A stretch of DNA of 61,249 nucleotides, counting the filler, from Basidioascus undulatus (taxonomy: Eukaryota): the NCBI GenBank assembly GCA_000826855.1. It is 3 parts of 3 records of this genome, joined end to end, with 100 filler letters (N's around TTAATTAATTAA, not from the genome) between each part and the next. Parts side by side here need not be neighbours in the genome. Positions count along the whole stretch, not along the records: positions 1 to 20,425 come from JTLS01000374.1; 2 more parts are not named here. The stretch is one strand, 5' to 3'. Under the pieces are notes generated by a model. It did no database searches, was not told where the DNA came from, and saw nothing but the letters and a program-made list of their open reading frames with translations. The position numbers and the translations under genes were made by a program. Shown piece by piece: positions 1-11,435 of this stretch; within the stretch, counting starts at the first letter, position 1; each line of letters starts with the position of its first letter.

Positions 1-31
1 TGATGGCGATGGGGGCGAAGGAGAGCTTCAT
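1..31 (-). CDS. 5' end of a probable secreted protein (MKLSFAPIAI...), running off the window edge
   Basis: ATG at 31 on the minus strand followed by a signal-peptide-like start; pyrimidine-rich leader upstream. Only 10 codons are visible. Confidence 0.4.
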   Translation of the reverse strand, partial: MKLSFAPIAI

Positions 32-899
32 TTTTAGGTGTGGTGTGGAAAGAGTGTGGGGTAGAAGGAGTGTGAGTGATCTAAAGCTGGAAAGCTGGAA
101 GGGCAGCTGGATGAGAGAGTCTGCTGACTGCACGGCTGAAGCTTAAATACTGGACCGTTGCTTTGCGCAGGGACATGAGTCCTTTCCACAACGCTGTACT
201 ACTGTGTACAGGGGTTGGAACAACGTGGCTCGTTCCAGTGCTAAGTACCACCACAGGACCATCTCAACCGCAGATCGCGAAGCAGCATCTAGCGCCCGGC
301 TGCAGGGGCAATAGCGCGCTCATCGCAGGGAACGACGACGGTATCGCTTGCATGTTTTCAATTGTTGTGAAAATCGGCTTACGCCCATGTCTAAAAATAC
401 AGTAACGCGTGCGACGTTGCGACTTCGTGGGTATTGTCCGTGCACTTCACATTGCCGTATGGGCGAACTTAATTTGTCGAGAGGTGGTAGACAGATCTAT
501 AGATGAGGAATACGCGAAGGCGTTATAGTTGCCCTGGGCATTGACGAAGAATACACTCGACAAGCAAAAATGACCTCCCTCCAATGTGCAACTCTCGTCG
601 CTTTCAGATTGATTGTTCACGTACGTTGCTCGCTATCTTGCGCTCCTCCAAGTTTGGATGGGAAATGAGACTCCGCAATTATGAAAAGAAAAACTATTTT
701 CAACCTCTCCTTCGCGAAGAACTAAAACGGCAGATCCGTGAGCTTCGCTGCAAGGCGACGCAACTCAGAAAGGTTGAGCGCAGCTGCGTGACTGTAGTCA
801 CGGTGCGCATGCCAGCCAAATTATGCGCGTGGCCCAGCATTAAGTCTATGAGAACCAAGTGTCTATTGAATACCCTCCCGCTTCAGGCCAAGCAACGCA

Positions 900-2622
900 T
901 CAGGATTCGGCAGCAGCCACCGCAGCCCTATCAGCGGCCTGCACCTCGACCGCAGCGGCCTCTGCCTCCGGATCCCAAGTCTCCTCTCCCTCCTTGATGT
1001 CCCACTCGGCGATTCCAATCATCGCGCCGAGCTCGCGCCACTTGGCGAGCATCTTCTCGCGGCGGAAGGACGCCAGTTTGATCACCGCCGGCCAGTACGT
1101 CGAGTGGTCGTACGTGGACATCTGCACATGGATGTTGGGTCAAAGAGGAGGGTAGTCAAAAATTAGCGCTTTCGTCGATCAGGAATTTGCGAGTTGCAAT
1201 GAACACGTACGTCAACCTCTCCACCGAACAGATTCTCCAGTTGGCTAGCAGGGACGAGATGAGTGACTCTGTTCGCAAAGGAAAGCTACAATGCAGATGA
1301 TGTGAGTAAAATGTTCATGGGTGAGGCGAATGTAAAGTGGAAGACACATCGGTGAGGCTGACCTTCGCGCGGGTGACGGGGTCGAGCAAAGGTGAGATAA
1401 TCTTGAACATGGCGGTGATGACGAAGGGGACTATAAAATGCACGTGAGTGCACAGCGACACGCCGAGTGAATACAGCACGTACGGTTGGCAACGTATGCG
1501 GTTCCAAGGCTCTCGGGATAGTGGTCCGCCAGCCTATTGTCGAGGTCAGCGGGGAAACAAGCAAGTGGACGGTACAGAGCTACTTACGCATACATCATCT
1601 GTGGAAGACGCCTTAGTCATGGGCATACCATTTAGAAACAAAAAGAAAAGAAGGCGAACCGTCTTCATGGTCTGTATAGAAGGGCTCTGACCGCTGGACA
1701 TCCGCAAAGGTTCAGCTTTGAGCAGCGACGAGCATGATCGGCGTAAGGACACACCGTGCGGCGAAGTTGATAAGCAAGCCGAGCGTCTGAGCCACCCCCT
1801 GTTTATCAGTGATAGTCTGTGGAGAGAATTAAATGCGCATACCTCGACGCCCCGAGGCATAAGGTCTTTGCCGCGCTCCAGGAAGAAGTAAGCGTGGTGC
1901 AGTTGGCGGGGTGATTGCTCGGTATTTTGGCTGTGCATGATCCACGGTTAGAACGCGCTTTTGGTGGATTGAGGAGAGAAACTTTCCGAAATGGCTTCAT
2001 ATACCTGGAATGGACAGCCTGAGTCAGTACAACGAGTCAATACGGGTGCGGACGGAACCATACCAGAGCGGACGCCGAAGGTTGTCGTAGCTGCAGCGTT
2101 CCCACGTCAACATGGTTAGCACTCGGAATTATGTAATATTTCACGGATGCCAACGCACCCATATAGCAATTGCTTGCCAGTAAGCTGCTCCGGCTCAACG
2201 TATTCCGGCTTCGTGAGCTGGCCGCCCTCGGAAAGCCCAGTCTCGCGGCGCCAGACGATAGTCGCTTCGAGGCGCTTGATGGCAGCCTTCGCATCCCACT
2301 TGGTCGCGCGCAGATAACGAAGCAAGCACTCCCGCGTCTTCATTTCGCCCAAACGAAGAGAAAGTGTATTTGTTAGTCGACAGGCACCCGCCAGGACAGA
2401 TGTACACCAAACGCGCACCAGCCAGAACTTTTCAGTCTCGTTGAGAGGCTCCTTCACTGCGTCTGCAGCGCTTGAAACGGGAAGAGACTCCAGAGCGTTC
2501 AGGTGAGCGAGAACCTTCTCATACTTGACCTCGTGGTCGGGAGTGAGTGCCGCGGGAGGCGAACGAGCCGTGGTGCTCGGCAAGGGATGAGCGGGGGGTT
2601 TGTTGGAGTTGATCGAGGACAT
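900..2622 (-). CDS. PDR16: CRAL-TRIO/Sec14-family phosphatidylinositol transfer protein, PDR16/PDR17-like, multi-exon
   Basis: Hand-spliced protein contains FWL|TRECLLRYLRATKW, GKQLLYG|YDNLRRPLWYMKPFRQNTE, FFLERGKDLMPRGVE, DHYPESLG, LDPVTRAK and ENLFGGEVD|MSTYDHSTYWP. The ORF 900..1127 is its last exon. Confidence 0.9.
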
Positions 2623-3636
2623 GATCGCAAAGCAAACCGACTGTTTGAGATAAGGTGCGGTCAGCGATGAGATGAAGTGAAACGATGTGGATGCCGAGAT
2701 GTGTGAAAGGTGCAACCGCCAAAACGCTGCGCACGGGCCAGAGTCTGCGGCGATCAATCAGGCCATGAACTGGGCACTTTCGGCTGTTAGAGATACCTTC
2801 TACCTTCGCAGCACTGGCCCGCTTCGCCCTCGAACGCTTTTAAAGTCAAGCTGCTTTGTAGGGAGCTTTTCTGGAGCGGGATAATCGACCAGCTTTTGGT
2901 ATGTACAGGTGAGACGTGAGCACCTGGGAGTGCACTGCCATGTTCGGCGGACGACGGATCAGACAAGATCAGAGCTAGGATGAGAGGCCCAAGAGACTCT
3001 TGGAGCTGCTTTCGAAGAGGTCGGAAGTTGTCGCCGCTGGCACCATTTCTTATCGATAGTCCGAGGCTCCGAGCTCCTGCTGATCTGCACCGGATCGGGG
3101 TCTATTTCCCCGGCGACAAGTGTATCAAACAGATTGAAGTTTTCGTCCAAGCCGCCTCGCCGATGGCGATCCGTAATCAACAGCCAGGATCAGCACCTCA
3201 GGGCTCCTCTGGCTGTCGGCAGGGTTCTCGAAGATGTGGAACAGCGCGGTGGGAGCTTGGCAGTCTGCAAGCTGGCAACGCCGATCGCCGTGTTTGCGCC
3301 ATGAGCCTGTCACATGATGTAAGGTTTGCCGTTATTTGCCCAGGGACAATGACGTATTGGCACAATTCTGTGTGCGAGCACTGCAAAGCTCAACACATGC
3401 AGCTGGGGTCCAAGAAGATGAGTCGCGTGTCGACCCGGCGTCCGAAATGACCGCTATCGTGTGCCGGCAATCTTTTACGTACCAAGCTAGCACCCTCTGC
3501 TCAGTGTACTACCTCTCTTGTTCACCACCTCTCATCATCTCCCATCTTCCCCGCCAACCAGTAACGAACAGCGCGTCCGACCGTCATCGCTCCCCTCCCT
3601 CACGCATTCAAACAGCCAGTAACGTCGCAGTCCACG

Positions 3637-6600
3637 ATGAGTGACGTAGAGAAGCACGCGGTTGACCGGAACGAGAAGGTCGTCGCCGCTGTGCACATTC
3701 ACGAGAGCGAAAAATATGGGTTGGACGCGGCGTATGAGGTGTGTAACCTTCGAAATTGGGGATGCAGGTGCAGGTTTCACATTTGTGTCTGGCAGGCAAA
3801 ATGTCACATGGTGAACGAAGCCCTCAGTACGTTGGTTCATGCTTATCAGCGAGGTTGGCTGTACGTCGGCTGTGGGCTAAGCAATCCGCTCCTCCCCTCG
3901 TAGACGCTATCGGAATGGTGAGGCAAACCAGGATTTGTATTAGCTGAAATTGCATGGGAATATGGTGGACTCACACCAAAAATGTCACGCAGGGACGTTA
4001 CCAATGGGAAATGTTTATGGTCGCTGGGTTTGGTTGGTGAGTGGTCCACCAGTCTGCCAAGTTCCCTGCAACTTACACAATTGAACAGGCTCGGTGCGTC
4101 TATTTCTCGAAAGCGGTCTGGGGCATGGGATCTTAATCTGGGCAATCTGCAATCACACAGCGGACAACTTGTGGTAAGCCTACTGGTTCCCATTTATGCC
4201 TCAAGTATTACCCCCATTGATCACGCGAGCACGCCGTGCAGGCTGCAAGCGATTGCTTTGGTTCTGCCGTCAATAGAGGCTGAGTTCAATCCTGAGCATT
4301 CGGCAATGGCAACGGTGAGTTGCAATTTTTAATTCGGTTGCTGCTGTAGTCTGAGCACAGGTTTACAGCTCGCCCTGTATGTTGGTTTGATCCTGGGTGC
4401 GACGTTCCTGGGTGCTTCGGCGGACGTGGTCGGAAGGGTGTGTTTTCCCTCTTCGCGCGAGTCCTGTCTCGTCTCAACGCTCATGTGGTATCAACAGAAA
4501 ATGGCATTCAACCTCACCCTTCTCATTGCCGGTGCACTCACGTTCTGCTTGGTCTGTGGAAATTGCCCAGCTGCCGCTGAACCCGGATGGTGATTGATAC
4601 AGGGGTCTTCGGCACCGCCGTCGGCAGCGCTCCCAACTTTGTCGGTTTTGCCGCCATGGCAGCGTGCATCGGTCTCGGATTGGGTGGCAACTTGCCAGGT
4701 TCGATAAATTTTCTGTATCCAGCCGGCGGTCTCCACTGACTCTGTACCCCGTTGCTAGTCGATGGCGCGCTCTTTTTGGAGTTCCTGCCTGCGAACAGGT
4801 AAGTTGTCTTCCCGCCCCCTCTGCGCCAGGTACTTACTTTGAACGAAACCTTTTCCAGGCAGAACCTCCTTACCCTGCTCTCGCTGTTTTGGAGTGTCGG
4901 ACAAGTCATCGGCAGTGCGTCGTCACACGCTACCATCTGTTTTGCTGGAAATGGACTCATCTCGTTCTCAATGTATTCATAAGGCTTGATCGCCTGGGTG
5001 TTCCTCGCCAACTACAGCTGTTCCGACGACGCTGAGGTCTGCAGCCGCGATGACAACTGGGGCTGGCGGTACACTCTGGTATGTCCTCTCATGGGCCTGT
5101 AGTATCCGTGCACCGCTCAAGATATTTTTCGTAGTTTACTTGCGGCGGCCTCACGCTCGCTATGTGAGCTACCGTAGGGTGCTGCCCAGGTTGGGGTAAT
5201 GTCACTGACGGTGCCAACCGCGCCTTAGGTTCGTGGTTCGCGTGTTCGTCTTCCCGATCGAAGAGAGCCCAAAGGTACGACAACTCGGCAATGTGCACTG
5301 CGAAGCGGCTTTGACCTAATACCTCTGCAACATCCACAGTTTTATTTGGTGCGTGGCATGACTTGTATCCTCTGTGCACCGGGGAAGCTTGCTTATGCGT
5401 TTGGTGGATCCTGCCAGAGCAAGGGGCGTGATGTAGCTGCGATCGAAGTGCTGCAGCGCAGTATGTGTTCCCTTGCTCTACCACTTCTTGCAATTATTAC
5501 TTACATTTCACTGCTGTCAGTCTCCAAGCGCAACGGTGTCGAATGCCCCATTACTCTTGAGATGCTGCGGCAGACGACGAAAGACCTTGGTGACACGACT
5601 TCGTCCGATACGGAGGCCGGTGCCTTCTCCCGGCTCGAGCTCTTCAGGCGCAGCTTCAAGGAAATGGACCTCGAGCACGTTAAGGTCGGCTTCATCCCTC
5701 TTTTTTTCCCTTCCTTCGCCCCGCTGCATCCGCTGACCCCTCCGTTGAACATGTTAGCCGCTCTTCGCTACCAAGAGTTTAGCGATCAACACCTCCATCC
5801 TGATGTGCCTTTGGTCTTTCATCGGTCTCGGATATCCGCTCTTCAATTCGTTCCTGCCGCGTGGGTGCTAACGCTTAGAAGACAACTCCTGCTGTACACG
5901 CTTACTGACTTCGGGCTTCAATCCTGTCAGTGTACCTTCGCGACCAGAACGCCAGCACAGGCGACAACTCGATTGACGTTGCGTATCGGAACTACACCAT
6001 TCAAGCGGTATGCGGTATTCCCGGCAGCATCGTCGCTGCGCTCCTCGTGGAGCTTCGCGGGCGCTGGCTCGGACGCAGAGGCGCGATGGCGATCAGCACC
6101 ATTTTCACAGGTGTGTCCCTCAAACCGTCTTTCCAAATCACAAAGGCCAATCTTTTGCGCATAACGCAGGCGTTTTCCTCTTCTTGTTCACCACGGCTCG
6201 CTCGGCGGATGCGCAGCTTGGCTTCAATTGCGTCGTTGCGTACGTCCCCGCGTACTTTCGGACCCCCTGCCTTCGCTGACGACTGTCTGACCTTATCTGT
6301 TGAAGGTTTGCTCAAAATATGAGCTACGGCGTGTTATACGGGCTCGTCTCTTTTAGGAGGTTGTAGCAGGAGGTTGTAACTGACTGGCTTGCGCCGTATA
6401 CAGATACACACCCGGTGCGTAATAGCTCTTAGGTTGTGAGCAAGGAGACGCTGACGAGTGATCATATTGGTCAGAGGCTTTCCCTGGACCACACCGCGGT
6501 ACCGGTGATGCCCTCTGCTCAGGTCTCAACCGCATTTTTGGCTTGATAGCCCCTATTGTCCGCAGCTACGGAGGTGAAAATTCTCCGTCTGTCCCCGTGT

Positions 6601-6815
6601 TTGTGAGCGGCGCGCTTTTCCTTGGCTCGGGCATCATGATGTTCTTCCTCCGTTCGTCCCACTTCAGATTCAAAAGCGAGGATCAGATCACTCACGCTGG
6701 AATCAAACCCGCAGCAATCGAGAGTGCGTTTGTTGCCACGCCACGTTGCGTCCCGCTGCGCATGCGCTGACAATCTTTTTCTTTTGTTACAGCCTCGGGG
6801 CGGTCCGCTATGTAA
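3637..6815 (+). CDS. MFS transporter, SV2-like/sugar porter-related, many introns
   Basis: Motifs ADVVGR, GGNLPVDGALFLEFLP, NWGWRY, ESPK, LGRRGAMA and YTP|EAFPGPHRGTG; C-terminus IETSGRSAM* after splicing. Confidence 0.85.
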
Positions 6816-7586
6816 TGGGAAGGGAAGATAACGAAGGACGTGTGATATGCATTCCTGTTTTGGGTCAGCAGTATCAACCTGTGTCCGACGGCAGCGCGCT
6901 GCGCGACTCGTAAATTCGGGAGGTCGAGCAAGGTCGAGGTTGATGTCCTGACCCAGAAGGCCTGGATTTGGAATAATCAGCGTGACCTTTGTACTTGGGC
7001 CTCTTATGGCGCACATTGCTTTCTGCTTCGTGGCGTTCTCCTTCCGTTGTGGCCCTCGTAGCTGTGCATATCTCAAATGATTTCATTAGGTTCCTTGTTG
7101 ATTGACAGTTCCTACTGGCTTGCAGAACGAACTAGGCATACGAGGCTTTCATTATGGAAAATCAGGGCGGTGCAGTGTGTGTGCGTGTACTGTTCAGTCT
7201 GACATGTGTGCACGCTCGCCGTGGGCAGCTCACTACCGGCAACATATCACCGATATCAATCATATTGGTAGAAAAACAGGGTATACAGCAATCGCAGAGG
7301 AGGTGTTCGGAGGATGCAAAGCGGAGGCATGCGGAGGACAGCAGAAAGCGCAGAACGATTGCAACGATAGGGACTGTAGGCAGCAGGTGTAAGAGTAATA
7401 AGCTTGTGAAGTGAACCAAGATCAGTGGCCGCAGGGACAGGCAGAAATCGTAGGCCAACGCATAGGTATACGCCGGGTGTCAGACGGGCTGCCCGGTATA
7501 CGCGACGCGCAGAGCTTCCAGCTTGCGGTCCCTGCAAGTCCACGAGATCGATGTCGGACTCATCGCTGCTGGACCGTAGGTGGCTT

Positions 7587-8186
7587 TCAACAACGCCGAC
7601 AGTCAGTTTCCAAAACTGAAACAAGGCGTACTGCTGGGAGGAGAGAAAAGTACAAGACCTCGATCTCATGGATCGTGCTTGCCCTGGAGCAGATGTCGAG
7701 CAGCTGATCGATGTGAGGAGTTAAGCGTCTCCGGGCACTTAAACGAGAACGAGCGCGGGCGTGGCGTTTTCGAAAGGAGATAAGCGAGCCCTGGACAGCC
7801 AAAAATATCACAGTTAGGAAGTGCCGATTTCGCAAGAATGACCATAAACTCGCACCGCTAAGAAGACGGTCAAGCGAGGGATGCCAGTCGTGCGGCGGCG
7901 GCGGCGGCTCATCAAGCTCGACGAGTTCCAAACGGATGTCGCGGACGGGGCGGCAGAACTCTGGCCGACTGGCGAGCCTGTACACGCGACCGAGAGGAGA
8001 GACGCAGGAAGCGTGAAAGGGGATGATGAGGTGAATTTCTGAGAATAGCAGAGCAAATGCGGCGTCGTGTAGATTGCGGGCGCTCGTGAGGGGAGCAACG
8101 GCGAAACAGGCTTTGAGGTCGTCTTCGTCGAGGTCGGAAACGATCTCGGCCCAAATCTCGAAAGGGAGGACGTTGAGGTCAGGCAT
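7587..8186 (-). CDS. F-box-like protein; 3' extent uncertain, possibly degenerate
   Basis: N-terminus MPDLNVLPFEIWAEIVSDLDEDDLKACFAV resembles an F-box. The downstream spliced frame is hard to keep open. Confidence 0.55.
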   Translation of the reverse strand: MPDLNVLPFEIWAEIVSDLDEDDLKACFAVAPLTSARNLHDAAFALLFSEIHLIIPFHASCVSPLGRVYRLASRPEFCRPVRDIRLELVELDEPPPPPHDWHPSLDRLLSGASLWSFLRNRHFLTVIFLAVQGSLISFRKRHARARSRLSARRRLTPHIDQLLDICSRASTIHEIEVLYFSLLPAVRLVSVLETDCRRC

Positions 8187-9180
8187 TTCAGCATAGGCGT
8201 TTGTATGGTGAGATGGGAGGGGAGAGAAGGTGGGCAAGAAGTAAGAATTGCAGAACGCTGGAAATTCAGACGAGCTGCCACTGGGCACGCACAGCCTCAC
8301 CTTGTGTGCCTGACCGCACACGAGGCCGCGACAGATCGAACGACAAGACCTCAAGTTCTATTCTACAATCAATATTACCATCTATCAACCAGCACAGCCT
8401 CAGTACAGTTAGAATCGACGTTCTTTTCTATAACGGCTCCAGTTATTTTCAGCGTTCCGCGCACCTCCAGTCTTCATATGATCTGACACCTCGCACCTTG
8501 CCCAAGTAGACCTAGATAAAAAGCCGCAGAAATCTGCTTAGGGCTGTTTCTCGTGGTCTGAAGATGCAATACAGAAAGAGGGACGGGTTTCTTGCGAAAC
8601 CGTAAAGGACCTGTGCTCATTGCGCTTTCGGAAAGAAAGATGCAGCTAGCGCCTTTTTTTTCCACTTCCCATTTAAAGATTTTATTGCTCGTGTACAAAT
8701 TTGGGCGAATGCACAAGCAAGTTCACCATATTGCCGGCATCGTCCAGGAGCAGCCTTGTGGTGACTGAGTTTCTCTTGCAGTCTCCACCCAAATTCCAGG
8801 CGAGCAGTGGCACCAGCAGGTACTGACATTTCTCGACTGTGGTTTTCAGGCGTGTTTCACTGCAGGGAACCGGGACTGAAAACAGAAGAGGGGCACCCTT
8901 TTTGCTCCCCTGACTACAGAACAACGGTCCTCAAACGAAGTAGTAGGAAGCAGTCCATCTGTGACGCAGTGTCGCTCACATTCCCGAGCTGCCCCTTGCC
9001 TGGTCTACTTGGCTTTCTCTCTATCCGAGGAGCCCTTTCTTCCCTTGCCGCAACAAGTCGAGTCCCTGGTACCCGAACGGAATACAGACGCCTCCCTGGG
9101 TCAGCAATGCACAAAAGCCCAGCCCTCCCCTCCTCTCACTCTCTCGTTCTTCCATCTCACACTTCTCTCCACCACCAACC

Positions 9181-10654
9181 ATGCACGCCTCCTCTCCGCG
9201 CACGCTCGCCCTCACCTTCCTCGCCCTCTCGTCCCCCACCCTGGCCTTCCCCCTCTTCGGCCTCCCGGGCCTTCCCTCCCAGTCGCTCTCCAACCCCGAG
9301 CGCCCCGGCCCGCCCGACGCTGCCAAAGCGCCATCTCCCCCGCCGATCAAAGCCAAGGCGCCCGAGCCCAAGAAGAAGGAAGAAGAGGCGCCGGAGCAAC
9401 CGGTCAATATTAAGAATAGCGTCGATACGAACTTGGACTTCCAGATGGAGCAGTACAAGCATTCGAGGACGAAGGCTGGGAAGGGGAGGCGGTGGGTTGG
9501 GCGCCGCGGGGAGGAGGACGACGAGGAGAGCGACGGGGAGGACTATGACGAGGATGAAGATGAAGATGATAATGATGATGAGGACCTGTTGGAGGTTGAT
9601 TATGAGGACCTGGGCGACTACCATCACGGTGGGTACTGGGGCAGGGACAAGAATGAATGCGAGGAGTTCTGCAAGAAGAACGAGTGGTGCGCCCCTGCCT
9701 CTCCTTCTCAAACTTGGCCAATAGTACTCAACAAAATCTGTCTCCTTCTCTTATCGCAGGCAAGAGTGGCACGAAGCCGAGTCCAAGTGCTCGCACAAGC
9801 CGGAGTACGAGTACGACTACGAAGTGACCGTGCGTCCTGCGTCCCTCTACCTGTCTTTCTTCCACCCCTCCACCATCCCACCAACTGAAAATTCTCCCCT
9901 CCCAAATCCCTCCCCCCCCCATCAGGTCCAGAAGTTCGTCCCCAAATCCGAATGCAAGAAGCCCGCCAAAGTCTACTACGCCGAGCACCCGCACGCGCAC
10001 CCGCACTGCGCGAAAGAGGTGCCGCACCCGAAGTGCGGCAAGTCCCCCGCAGCTCCGGCGTACGGTGAGAGCAAGGTGGTCGTCGAGGAGAGCAAGAAGA
10101 GCGAGGACGAGAGCAAGAAGGTCTACTACGAGGAGAAGAAGAAGCCTGAGGTCTACCACGAGCAGCCAAAGGAAGAGCACAAGCCGGTTTATGAGAAGCC
10201 CAAGGAGTACAAGCCGATGGAGAAGAAGCCTGATCTATACGAGAAGCCCCAGGAGAAGCCCCAGCCGAAGCCGGAGGTCTACCAGAAGCCGCAGACGCAC
10301 CACCCCGAGTGCGTCGCCGAGCAGTGTGCGCCCGCCCCCGCCCCGGCGTTCCACTATGAGGAGTCCAAGCACGAGCAGAATGAGAAGTACGAGTCGAAGA
10401 AGTTTGGGTCGGGTGCTGCACCGAGGCCGGAGAAGTGCCCTGGCAAGGTGTGCGGCGAGGGGGCGGAGTGGAAGGATGAGGGGGGGTGCGAGGCTGTGTG
10501 AGTTCTCTTTCCGTTTTCTTCTTCTTGCGTTTAAGGCTTGTTATGATAGCGGGCTGACGAGGAGACGGAAACCAGATGCAAGGAGCCTAGTCACAAGCTC
10601 AAGACGGAGTGGGAGGAAGGGAAGGAGGTGCACAAGTGTTACGGCGAGCTTTGA
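9181..10654 (+). CDS. Secreted low-complexity protein with an acidic tract, K-P-x-V-Y-E repeats and Cys-containing flanks; 4 exons
   Basis: Signal peptide MHASSPRTLALTFLALSSPTLA; GT-AG introns at about 9687-9759, 9831-9925 and 10498-10576 keep the frame to TGA at 10652-10654. Confidence 0.75.
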
Positions 10655-11435
10655 ACACCGACCGATTATTGAGCAGACCTCTAGAAAATTGTTAAACACA
10701 TAGAAAGCTGGCATAGAGTGTACTACTTCCAGCATCGTGACGCTGTAACCCTGTATTCGTAGCCATAGAAGTTCGCGAACCACACTCATTCTTTGACCCC
10801 AGGCTCTGAAGCTGCCGCGTGCGACGGGGCTTTCCCAATGTTCCCCAGGACAGCTTCCAAACCGATATCAGAGTCGCGACTGCGCTGTTACCTCACGAGT
10901 CAGCGCAGTTGAACTTCAATCTGCAGCACCTCTAGGAGCAGCCCGGCTGGCCACTGTACTCGCGACGATTGGCTGCTTTCAGGACCACTTCAACTTCTTT
11001 TCTTTTAATTTCTTTCCGTCCTATGCCCTGGATGCTAGAATTTGCACATATTCAATATGCGCACGGTTCGTGCACTACACTTTCAAGTGCAACGTAGCCA
11101 GGACAAAGAAGCCGGAAGCATTTCGGCCCTACCCTCCTGCCCTTTCGGCCATCCACCTGGCTATGAATTCTGGCCTGGGTCGAAACCTACGACGTCAATA
11201 CTGACGTCATTCTGCGAGCAAGATCGGAGGCTAAGGTCGAACGCCGCCTCGCCCAACTTCATCGTTGATACGCCTCCTTTGCAGTCTGGAACGACGCAGA
11301 CGAGTACTTTATCTTGCCACTTGCCATATAAAAGCCCTTGGCTCCAGGGTCCCCCCGGCCCTCCCTCCTTCCCCCCCATTCCGCTCTTGCCCTCTCGCCT
11401 TAACACCAACACACGATCCCAAACCCGAAACCAGC

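Noticed and set aside
900..1127. Stand-alone 75-aa gene
   Set aside because: It is the last exon of the PDR16-like gene.
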